Position numbers and translations under genes: made by a program. DNA of 62,440 nt, filler included, from Sphacelaria rigidula (Eukaryota): assembly GCA_964200075.2 (NCBI GenBank). It is 5 parts of 5 records of this genome, joined end to end, with 100 filler letters (N's around TTAATTAATTAA, not from the genome) between each part and the next. Parts side by side here need not be neighbours in the genome. Positions count along the whole stretch, not along the records: positions 37,529 to 49,935 come from CAXNAA020003808.1; positions 50,036 to 62,440 come from CAXNAA020003809.1; 3 more parts are not named here. One strand, given 5' to 3'. The stretch's first letter is position 1. Each line of letters begins with the position of its first letter. Shown here piece by piece: positions 49,208-58,699 of the stretch. The notes beneath the pieces were generated by a model, which searched no databases, had not been told where the DNA came from, and saw nothing but the letters and a program-made list of their open reading frames with translations.

Positions 49208-49659
49208 TGAAATGGAGTTAAGATAAGTTAGCCGTCCGACGTGAGAAAAGTGTGAGAGCGTGACTTCACGGGCTGCTACGCGAGTGCTGACAGTCATGAT
49301 CAAATCCTCCAAGAAGAAAGTCTCGGGAGTGTACCGGAAGGTAGGGGGTAGATAGGTTGATCCCTTGATACTGCGGGCTCGTCCAGAGGAAGGGGATTGT
49401 AGGGTGAGAGTATGACGAAAGGAGTGGGGAACAGACAGCAGGAGATTTGGTTTCCGAGAATCTTGGTGAGGAGGCGAAAGTTGGACTGCTGTGGAAGGCA
49501 GAAAGTAACGGAAATAGTTCCGAAATGAAGCATTGAAAAAAAAAGCCCGTCGAATATGAAGAGGAGAAAATGGAAGTGTTAGTGGAAGTTTTCAAGCATT
49601 CAAAATTTCATCCTTTGTGTGTGTGTGTGTGTGTGTTTTAAACACAAAAAACGAAATAG

Positions 49660-49858
49660 ATTCGAAGATATGGCTCTCGAAGACCTTGACGAGGAAACGA
49701 TAGCCCGAATGCTGGAGGAGGCAGACAAAGAAGAAGTGAGTGAGGTGGATGCCACGGGGGTAAAGCAGCTGCTGCTCACGCTAGAGCGCAAGATCAACAG
49801 AAACCAAATGATGCGGGTCAAGTTCCCAGACCAGCCGGAGAGATTCGTCGACTCTGAG
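49660..49858 (+). CDS. CTNNBL1: Beta-catenin-like protein 1 exon (spliceosomal PRP19-complex factor)
   Basis: VDATGVKQLLLTLERKINRNQMMRVKFPDQPERFVDSE resembles the conserved CTNNBL1 N-terminal KNQELRIKFPDNPEKFMESE motif; ag/gt boundaries; rest of the gene lost at the contig end. Confidence 0.85.
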
Positions 49859-49899
49859 GTGCGCTTTTTTTGTCCTTCGTGATTTTTGGAGAGGGGGGG

Positions 49900-49935
49900 T
49901 GTACTCATGATCATGCATGCCATAGTCATCAGACC
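49900..49935 (-). mobile_element. Family-1 retroposon terminus at contig end
   Basis: GAGGGGGGG|TGTACTCATGATCATGCATGCCATAGTCATC. Confidence 0.85.
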
Positions 49936-50035
49936 NNNNNNNNNNNNNNNNNNNNNNNNNNNNNNNNNNNNNNNNNNNNTTAATTAATTAANNNNNNNNN
50001 NNNNNNNNNNNNNNNNNNNNNNNNNNNNNNNNNNN
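49936..50035. other. Artificial contig linker
   Basis: Same N/TTAATTAATTAA/N structure. Confidence 0.97.
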
Positions 50036-50100
50036 GCAGTCAGGCAGAAGAAATCGTGAATTTGGTGATTTTGAGTCGTGATGATTTGTCCTAACCGTGC
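50036..50100 (-). repeat. CACGGTT-head repeat interrupting the Gypsy integrase
   Basis: Homologous to 44648-44711; replaces the integrase core after ...SATGCAAN. Confidence 0.75.
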
Positions 50101-50577
50101 TATATTTGCAGCACACCCAGTAGCCGAGTGCTCTTCAGAGGTGATCGCGTAACCCTCCGCGTGCCTTCTAAACAGATCCACCATGAGGAAGATATGTCTG
50201 TTACCCCTCTTTGTTTTCAGCGAGGGGCCCAGGAAATCAAAAGCTACCATTTGCCCTGGCCGACTGGGTAATGGTAGCGAGACTAAAGGCCACCGCACCG
50301 TGTACCAATCAGATTTCTTGGCCTGGCATGAATAACAGCGTCGAATCCAGAATTTCACACTCTCTTTCATCCCTATCCACCAATAGTACCGTTGCAGAAG
50401 AGAGAGAGTCACTTTTCCCCCCAGATGTACTGCTTCCTTGTGCGTTTGGTCCATTATCCAGGGCCTCAACAACAAGGGAACATGGGTTCTCACCGGTTCG
50501 TCTCCGAGGTATCGCTCAAAGATACCCGGGTTCCGATCCTCCGACCCCACCGGCGCGACCGTCAGCTTTTTCACCAA
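50101..50577 (-). pseudogene. Gypsy integrase N-terminus (HHCC zinc finger and first catalytic D), truncated
   Basis: HKEAVHLG...YYWWIGM...CYSCQ, VAFDFLGP, FLMVDLFRR. Confidence 0.88.
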
Positions 50578-51117
50578 CAGTTACCCCCCCGTCCGCCAAC
50601 TCGAGCAACTCCCCTTGTTTTAACAACGTTCGGAGCTCTTTTTCGTCCATCCCGCCACCCAACGCTTTCCCCTCTCCCTTCGAGAGTGTGGTCTTTCCCT
50701 ACGAGAGATAGACGGCAGTCGTACGAGCGGTCAGAGCAGTAAGTTGGATTTGCGCCCAGTCACTTGCGGACTTGGCACACAACCGCTCCCCTAAATTACA
50801 CGCTTCCGCCGCCTCTAGAGTGAGCGCGGGCGTACCTGAACCGTCCTCTTCGGTCGACCCCGCCTCCTCATCTGAGATCACAAAAACTTCCGAGCCCGCC
50901 GTCTCGTGTAACAAATATTTACCCACTTCAGTAATGGGGCAAGCATGCAAGCACAAGACCAGTTCCCACTGTCCACACACCACATCGGTAACACTCGGGG
51001 AGAGAAGCCGTAAGTCACCCTTTACCACTTCCGGTCCCTTCCAGCCCAGTGTAGAGCTTGATGACTTAAGTCTCCCTTGAATCCGATCCCAGGTGGCATC
51101 CGCTATCTCTGACGACG

Positions 51118-53157
51118 TCAGTGGAGCAGCCGGATGTCCACCCCCCCCCTCTGAAAATTACCCCGGGGAGCAAGCCCACCCCGGCTTGAAGCACGGGGAC
51201 CCGGCCTCACAGAGGGAGACCCATCCAAGCTGGCAACATGGGAGGAACCAAAATCCCGCGGTACCACCCCACTAGCCCCGATAAAGTAAACATCTAAATC
51301 AGCGGGGTCAGAGATGCGAAAAAGACCACTTACATCGTCTTCGCTGTGAGCAAGAGGAAGACGCGATAGCATGTCGGCGTTGGAGTTAGCCACCCCCGGC
51401 TTGTAGAAAATCTCATAGGTGTAAGCACTGAGAAAATCTTGCCAGCGCTTGACCCTGGGCACTTTCTTCGCAAGACTGAACAAACTGCGCAACGGTTGAT
51501 GGTCGCTGAAAATTTGGAAAGGAATCCCGTAGAACAACGGGCGGTTTTTCTTGACAGCCCAAACAATCGCCCCCGCTTCCAACTCGGTGGCCGTCCAGTT
51601 ACGCTCGTTAGGCAAAGTACTGCGGCTCAAAAAACATAGCGGCCGCACGTCACCTTCCGCATGACGTTGCTCCACCACCGCCCCAAGACCATCTTTGCTG
51701 GCATCCGTGACCAACATGAAAGGACGACCGCCCGACACCGCTCCACTGTAATCAGGAAAATATGATTTTTTCGGACCGGACAACTCCCCCAGAATTTCGC
51801 GCACCGTTTCCTCATGTTCCGGCGTGAGATGAAACTCAACCCCCTTCTTCAACAGCCCGTTAATGCATTTAGTGCGAGCCGCCATTTTAGGGATGAACTT
51901 GTGGTAGTAACTCAACCCCCCCATAAGCGAACGCAACTCAGTCACGGAAGTGGGCATCGGCATGAGGCGCAGTGCAACTACCTTCGTAGAGTCAGGCGAA
52001 ATTCCGTCCGCCGAGATGCGATGACTGAGGAAAGTAACCTTCCCCGCCCCCACGTGAGCCTTCTTCGGCGCCAATTTAAGGTTGAACTTTGTGAGGCGTT
52101 CCAAGAAGTCCGACAAATTACTCACATGCTCAGCCCCATTTGCACTGAACGTGCAAATATCATCGATGTACAAACGACACCGCATCAAACCCTCACATAC
52201 CCGAGCCATGATGGATTGAAACCCCCCCGGGCTCCCACTGCATCCCATCGGCATCATCAACCATTCGTACAATCCCGATAGAGTACACACCGCGGTCAGT
52301 GGAATGGTGTCAGGGTGCAGGGAGATGTTAAAATAGCCCGACAGAATATCCAGGCAAGTAAAAACATTAGCACCCCCGAGCTCATCCAACAGCTCGTCGA
52401 TAGTCGGAATGGGCAAGACCGGGATTACAGTGGCGTCATTAAGCTTCCGATAATTGCAAGTCAACCGAATACCTCCATACTTTTTGTTCACCACCGCCAA
52501 CGGAGAGCTCCAACTAGAGTAAAAACGTCGCAAGAGCCCCACCGCTAACAACCGGTCAATTTCAACCTGCACCTTCTGTTGCGGGGCCGGGTTGTGACGG
52601 TACGGCCGTTGTTTGATGGGGTTCGCCCCCGGCTTCAACTCGATTTTGAACGGATCCACCGTACAGGACCCCAAATCCATTTTATTCACCGAGAATCTGT
52701 GAGAGAATTTGCACAGCACATCCGCCAGCTTATCAATATCCTCCACCTGCCAGTACTTGTCCTGTAAACCGAAGGTGATGCCATGTAAGTGAGGAGGGAT
52801 ACGTTCCCACAAACGACGGAACGCGGCACGTTTCTCCGCACATAGATCACCGAACATGGCCTTCGGCGGCTCCGGCAGTACCGGCTCGACTGCAAAAACG
52901 GCGGTCGAAGCCGGGTCCGGCAACCTGGAAATTTTCGCATCATTTAGCGAGCAAGGTACCAACGGTTGCCCTGCTGACCCCAACTTCATCCCCGGTAAGA
53001 CCAACGCACACTCCACATCTGTAAACCGTAACGAAATAGCTGAATCCCCCGGCTCCACAACCATTTCTGACGGGGACCATCCCGCCTCGAAATACACATA
53101 ATAATTACCTTCAGGGGCAGCCCCCCCCCCGTCGAACGCAGTGTGACGGGAACCCAC
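51118..53157 (-). CDS. Gypsy reverse transcriptase and RNase H
   Basis: PIKQRPYR, WSSPL, CNYRKLN, LDILSGY, MPMG, LYIDD, VTDASKDGLGAV, ELEAGA, SDHQPL. Confidence 0.93.
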   Translation of the reverse strand: MGSRHTAFDGGGAAPEGNYYVYFEAGWSPSEMVVEPGDSAISLRFTDVECALVLPGMKLGSAGQPLVPCSLNDAKISRLPDPASTAVFAVEPVLPEPPKAMFGDLCAEKRAAFRRLWERIPPHLHGITFGLQDKYWQVEDIDKLADVLCKFSHRFSVNKMDLGSCTVDPFKIELKPGANPIKQRPYRHNPAPQQKVQVEIDRLLAVGLLRRFYSSWSSPLAVVNKKYGGIRLTCNYRKLNDATVIPVLPIPTIDELLDELGGANVFTCLDILSGYFNISLHPDTIPLTAVCTLSGLYEWLMMPMGCSGSPGGFQSIMARVCEGLMRCRLYIDDICTFSANGAEHVSNLSDFLERLTKFNLKLAPKKAHVGAGKVTFLSHRISADGISPDSTKVVALRLMPMPTSVTELRSLMGGLSYYHKFIPKMAARTKCINGLLKKGVEFHLTPEHEETVREILGELSGPKKSYFPDYSGAVSGGRPFMLVTDASKDGLGAVVEQRHAEGDVRPLCFLSRSTLPNERNWTATELEAGAIVWAVKKNRPLFYGIPFQIFSDHQPLRSLFSLAKKVPRVKRWQDFLSAYTYEIFYKPGVANSNADMLSRLPLAHSEDDVSGLFRISDPADLDVYFIGASGVVPRDFGSSHVASLDGSPSVRPGPRASSRGGLAPRGNFQRGGVDIRLLH

Positions 53158-54914
53158 GTCAACTCCTGCGTTACCGCCAACTCAGTTTCCCCTGAAAAAA
53201 CCACGACAACCTTCTCATCAGACATCGTCGACTGTTCAATCATGCCCACAGCGTTTTGGACCCAGCGATCAAATGGGGCGGGTCCGACAGCCATAGCGGG
53301 CCTTGCGAGCGACATGATAGTTTTATCATCACCAACATCACGATACGAGCGCACCGGGAACTGAGCCAACCCATCGCGACCCAGCAGAAGATCAAACGAC
53401 ATCGTAACCTCCGGGACAATATGCGCGTAAATCGCGAAACATGCACTCGTGTCTGTTGTCCGACCTTTGCGTGAGCCGTCCACAAAACGGATATTCAAAC
53501 GCACCTGTGAGCATGTTCTCAGAGGCACCCCATTGAACCCGCCCCACGACACGGGATTAATCTCCCGCATCGCATCACCAGATCCAGCCCCGTATGCAAT
53601 CATGGACATCCATACCTTCTCTCGGATAAATGTCGCCGGACTCCCACTGTCGAGCAAAGCCGAGCGATCCCACATGCGGGTCGTCTTAGGCCCGCCAAAC
53701 ACCCTTACCCCAGCCGTGTTCCGAGCGTGGTCGATGGATACATATCCGCCGGAGACCTCCGCTACTTCCGGTAAAAACGCCCCTTGCCGCCCGCGCTGTA
53801 CCTGACAGGGGATGGGATCGGGGGTACGAGATGGTGGATCTACACGATTCAAACGATTTTCCGACGGGTCTAGAACATAGATATGCTCTTCACCGCAAAT
53901 CGGACAACCTTCGTCCGATACACCAGCCACAGATCGTGCAGGGTGAGCCGCCTCGGCTGTACCTGTGCAATGGGAGGGACTGAACGGTTTCACGTGGTTG
54001 GGTAAATCAACCACACTGTCAGGCACCGAGCTCGCAGTGGTCCCCGCAGTGACCTCCTCCGAAAGTGTGTTAAGACCGGTTGGCCTTTCCACCGAGGTCC
54101 TCCGCAAGGATGTTCGGTCAAAGCCTGGGCCGCCCCCGGCTGGCACGGAGCCCGGGAGAGCAGGCCCCCACTTGGTAGCACATGAAACCGCCCCCTTCTG
54201 AGGGTGACGGCGCCGACAACATCTTGAGCCCCGAGCACCGTGACGCGACATGCTTCCCTCACCCAGGACGAATTCACCTGTTGGGCTCTCCAAATCATGC
54301 GACGGCACCGTCACACCAGGACCGTCCTTGTCCCTTGCGTCTGTCGGACGTAAGCAACGCTCACCGTGACAGCAGGCCTGCACCAGTGACCCTTGTGCCC
54401 GCGCACCCACACCACTGTGGGAAGAGAGACCACCCGGGGCGCTACCCCGGGACTTGTCCCCTCCCCGTCGGTCGATGTCCACCCCACGAGATCGGCGCGC
54501 GGTAGACGTCGCACAAAGCGCCGGGGCTGCCTCCGTCTCGCAAGTATCCCTCAAAGGTTGATCTGACCCCGCGGCTACCTTCAACACAGAACCCCCCCCC
54601 CGCACCGTTACCGACACCCCCAGGCAGACTGTACCCTGCCTCCTCGCTATTGTCCACGCTGTGCCGACGGGAGATGACAGAAATTTCGCCACATACGGCA
54701 GGCGCAGCCTGCTGTGGAACCAATGACACAGCCGACCGACCTTGTTGACCTCTCTAAGCATCATGTTGCACTGACCCTTGTGCTGCCGGTAAAGTGGCCA
54801 GAACTTTACCGTCGCGCCCTCATTTATTTCGAGGGTAGTTGTCGATAAAGTAAGAGCGCAGGCGGCGCTGCCACCGCACCCATTTCTGGCGGACTTCCTC
54901 CGGCGTCCACTCAC
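52986..54914 (-). CDS. Gypsy Pol N-terminus with retropepsin aspartic protease
   Basis: ALLDSGSPATFI active site and FDLLLGRD motif; frameshifts into the RT ORF at the C-run near 53120. Confidence 0.85.
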   Translation of the reverse strand: MSGRRRKSARNGCGGSAACALTLSTTTLEINEGATVKFWPLYRQHKGQCNMMLREVNKVGRLCHWFHSRLRLPYVAKFLSSPVGTAWTIARRQGTVCLGVSVTVRGGGSVLKVAAGSDQPLRDTCETEAAPALCATSTARRSRGVDIDRRGGDKSRGSAPGGLSSHSGVGARAQGSLVQACCHGERCLRPTDARDKDGPGVTVPSHDLESPTGEFVLGEGSMSRHGARGSRCCRRRHPQKGAVSCATKWGPALPGSVPAGGGPGFDRTSLRRTSVERPTGLNTLSEEVTAGTTASSVPDSVVDLPNHVKPFSPSHCTGTAEAAHPARSVAGVSDEGCPICGEEHIYVLDPSENRLNRVDPPSRTPDPIPCQVQRGRQGAFLPEVAEVSGGYVSIDHARNTAGVRVFGGPKTTRMWDRSALLDSGSPATFIREKVWMSMIAYGAGSGDAMREINPVSWGGFNGVPLRTCSQVRLNIRFVDGSRKGRTTDTSACFAIYAHIVPEVTMSFDLLLGRDGLAQFPVRSYRDVGDDKTIMSLARPAMAVGPAPFDRWVQNAVGMIEQSTMSDEKVVVVFSGETELAVTQELTWVPVTLRSTGGGLPLKVIIMCISRRDGPRQKWLWSRGIQLFRYGLQMWSVRWSYRG

Positions 54915-57749
54915 CCATCGAGTGATGTATTAAACCCGTTTTATTAATATACTCCTTCGGACGCTCACGAGCCAAAGCGTGATCGGCGCTGCCGCAGTTG
55001 AGACAATACGGCCCAAATGCTTCCCGCGGTTTGTTCTTCAGCTCGCGGGTGGGGAAAGGCTCATAGAATAGAGGATCCCTGTTTTTGCCGAACCTGTCCG
55101 AAGTAGCCCGCCCCACCATATACACATATTCCGTCTCCCGATCCTCGCAGGGGAAATCGCGCATCTCCGTGATGCTCATCACGGTCCCGCAAAAAAACCT
55201 ACCCTGACCCGACTTCGGCGAATAACGGCTCCGCGCCGCCCCTCCTCCAGTACCCTGCACGAGTCGCGGCGCGTGCGCCCGCATCGTGTTGGATCTGAAC
55301 TGGTCCAACTTGCCCATCAGCGACTCGAGGGAGTCGAACGGCGTCGCACAATCATCGCGCCCAGCAATCACGTGGCCACTAATCCCGGGGAACTGGTCCT
55401 GAATGGCCTTTTTAATTGCCGACTGCACTTGTGCCTGATCTGGAGTCATCTCGGCCTCTAGACACTGCACATTGCTCACCAGAATCCGGAGTTCGCGCAA
55501 ATAATCGGCGAACAAAGACCCTTCCGCCGCCCGGAAATTGATCAACTCCCGGAGCACGGCGTCAGGTGTCAGGTTGCTCAATTCACAGCTCAACACCCGC
55601 ACCAGAAACGCCATAGCCTCGGGCCCAGAAGCCCCCTCCCCCTGCAAACGAGACACGTAAGCGATCACGTCCCCGACCCGAGCCACGATACCCGGGGCGT
55701 CCGGTGCCCCTGGCCGCATGGCACGCCGCAATTTTTTTTTCTGAGGGTCTTTTCCCAACCCCGCGTCCAACGCGTGGGATGGGTGTCCCCCACAATGAGC
55801 CGCATTGCCGCTACCGAATCTTTCACCCCCTCAACTAACGCCACCAACTGCTGCATGTTGTGAGTGGACGATACTGGTAACTTCGGCAGGTCCGCCAACA
55901 AATCCAGTTTGAGTTTCGCATACCCCTGCGCAATATGCGCGGTATGCAACGACGGGAACCCATCCCCCTAGTCGGCAGTTCCCAAGGACTTCCCCCCCCT
56001 TGCCGAAAACTCTCATCGTTGGGTAAACCAGCGGCAACACAACCTTGCAACACCCCCCCAGGCCCATCGGGCGCCACCCACCTCTTCGTTTCCCGTTGCT
56101 CCGGCCCACCCGACCGAAAACCCGGCTGACCGCGGGCACCCTCCGCAGGCGCCAGCGCCCCTCCACCTTGGGCGTCCTGAACCGCGAGTTACGCAAAAAC
56201 GCCCCCCCCCGCTCCGTAGCAGCTCCCGCTGCTCCTTCTCCCAAGACTGCAACGCCCGGTGAGGAGGACACGACCCCATCAACGCCCGGCTCTGCCGGCA
56301 AAACCCCGGCAAAGACACCCCCTGGGGACAGCGGGCGGCGCAGTACTTGAATTCCTCGTCCGAGAGGCAAGGCAGCGCAAGCACCCCGTCCGTCCCCCAC
56401 TCACCGGAGCCCCGAGGCGCCGCGAGGGACCCCCCACCCCGCGCCCACTCCGCGGGTGGTACCGGGGCACCACACGATCCTTCAAACGCCGCCCGGGCAA
56501 ACGGCCCCCCCGCGACAGCGGCCGCCACGCCACCGGTCGGGCCAGAGACAGAACCGGCTGCCCCCGCCGCCACCCCGCGAGCCGCAACCGATACTGCTGC
56601 ATTAGAACGAACCGTCTCCGTCCCACCCGATGGAGCGGCAGCCGCCATTACCCCGCCGACCCCCGCCCCCTACGTGGGAACCAGCTGAGCCGCGGGTGGG
56701 ATCATCGGCGATCCCGCTGCGAACAAGGCTCCCGACCCCAGCGCGACCCCCGGGGAAGAACCCCCTACCCCCATCACGGGCCGAGGGGCGGGCACGCAGT
56801 TAACCGCCGGCTCCGCGTCCCGCAGCAACTTCAGCTGCGGAGCCCACTTGCCGAACAAGGGCCCCGCCTGCTGAGCGCACGCAGAGATCACCGCCTCACG
56901 GTGCGAACGCGCTTCCATGAAGTGCGAGGCTTCCTGCTCAACCTCCACCCGCGTGGCGAGTTGGGCGGCCTCCGCCCGTTCCAACTCCGCGGCAGCCTCC
57001 GCGGCCTCCACGACCGCGACCGCCACGCGACATACCGCCGTCTGGACGGCAAGTTCCGCCGCGTCATCCTTCGCGATGGCCCCGTCTAGGCCCGCCTTCC
57101 GAAAAGCCGCGGCCTCCGCCGCCCGGGTAATGTCGGCCATGGCCTCCTGTGAGGCACGAGACAATTTATCCGGAGTCGGATCGCGCAACACGTCAAACCA
57201 CCCCCCAGTCACCGTCGGACGGGAAACACGGGACACATCCGCATACGACCGGGAACCCGACACCCGCGTCCAACCAATATCCCGTACCCCCGGCAATTTC
57301 TCCCCCGGCGAGCGGGAACCGCTCGCAAGCACCCTCCCTACAGTCAGAGAACCTATATCCGACTGAGCGACCGCCGGATTACCACCCCGGTCCTCGTCCG
57401 CCTGTAACCGACGAGCGAACAACTCGTCCGCCGCCAAGGCGTTACCCTCCGTTAACCACAATTCCTCCAGGGTCAAAGTGGCCAACATTTTACGCGCCTC
57501 CACCACCAATCCTAACCTTACCTCCTGCTCGTGCACCGTCAACCTGGGCGGTGGCGACGGCGTCCGGCGATCGTCGTCCCCCATCACACGGCGGCCGCGC
57601 GGCGACGCGGGCCCCGCCGCGGCCCCCACCTCCGCCTCGAGGGCAACGTTCTCCGTCTCCACCAACTCCTGATCCACAGTGCCTGGTACGTGTGAGGTAC
57701 GAAAGGCAACATGAGGACCAATAGGCGCGCTGCGGGGGACATACGACAC
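54820..57749 (-). pseudogene. Long Gag-like ORF1 broken into ORFs 56670-57749, 56013-56648, 55665-55949 and 54820-55770
   Basis: First two ORFs share a frame across one TAG; Ala/Glu-rich coiled-coil-like segment; C-terminal LFADYLRELRILVS, DQFPGI, CLNCGSADH, RWQRRLRSY. Confidence 0.7.
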
Positions 57750-57896
57750 CTAACTTCCACCCTCCTCAAACGACACATCCGACGCAGGCGGCATGCTAGA
57801 ACCCCCGCGACCTCCCGAGCGGCCACGTGCGATCAAGAACGCATCCCGACCTACCTCCCGCGGCGGAACCTCTACCGCATGCCCGAAACTACTCGA

Positions 57897-58157
57897 GCGT
57901 AAGGGACTTTCCCCCGACCACCTTCAGCCTCTAGACTATCCGCGATATACTCAGGTCGGCCATTTTTCATTATTTATGTTTTTATAACGGCTTAGTCTGC
58001 TATGTCGTTCTGTTCGAATTTTTTTTTTCTTCTGTTCCTTCTTTTTCTCAGAGCGTGTTTCAGTTTCTTTTTTCTTGGGTACGTCTATCATGAGACCACG
58101 GCTGGACCCCTGGGGGGTCAGTTAAAGTGCGATAATCAATCATCAATCAAATCAAAA
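57897..58157 (+). mobile_element. Family-2 retroposon-like repeat (5'-truncated)
   Basis: Shares GCGTAAG..ACTTT with ~45014 and the 3' block and tail with the other two copies. Confidence 0.8.
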
Positions 58158-58699
58158 CTCAGCTTTCGACAGGCATTCAGTTTGAACATCGCGCTAGGTG
58201 GAGGGGTGGGGGAGGGCGGCGGCGGGTAAATAGCATGAGATAAATAGCTTCAGATTTTGAAAAAGAAGCTGCGTAGGTGAAGAAATATATTCACCATCCG
58301 CAATAAATCATCTGCATAACCCAACCTGCTTACACCAATACCACAGAGATTCCATTCAACCCTCTACCGTAGAAAGGGTGGCCAAACTAGGGAATAGTAC
58401 CGCTTGTCACAACTCCAACACGACATAACCCAACCACTATCGAAACGTACGTAAATGTATGGCGAGCATAAACGATAAATCGAATAGTGCCTAGAGATAG
58501 CATAGCATTAACCACCTTTCAATAACCAACTTAGGTTGTTCAAATAGTGCGACAACACATGCCACAAAATCATAGCAAGTGCGTGAAACGTACCAGTTTT
58601 TCATCGGAAGAGTAGATGTTTCAAGGATCGGCCCGGTACCGTATACCCGATATCCTCAATACTCATTATTTGAGCAAGTCATTGCGATCGTACTTCACT

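Larger units (their letters stand above)
50101..57890 (-). mobile_element. Near-complete Ty3/Gypsy retrotransposon (long Gag - PR - RT - RNase H - integrase)
   Basis: Domain order PR (LLDSGSPATFI), RT (YIDD), RH (TDAS), IN (HHCC); 3' end lost by repeat insertion and contig end; LTRs not identified. Confidence 0.92.

Noticed and set aside
49891..50100. One element spanning the gap (Family 1 end on the left, CACGGTT head on the right)
   Set aside because: The two sides appear to be unrelated contigs, so adjacency is not evidence.
55935..57724. Long + strand ORFs antisense to the Gypsy Gag
   Set aside because: Expected shadow ORFs in very GC-rich coding DNA.
57897..58157. 5' LTR of the adjacent Gypsy element
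   Set aside because: It ends in a variable ATCAA tail, lacks TG...CA ends and a convincing PBS, and occurs elsewhere without gag-pol.
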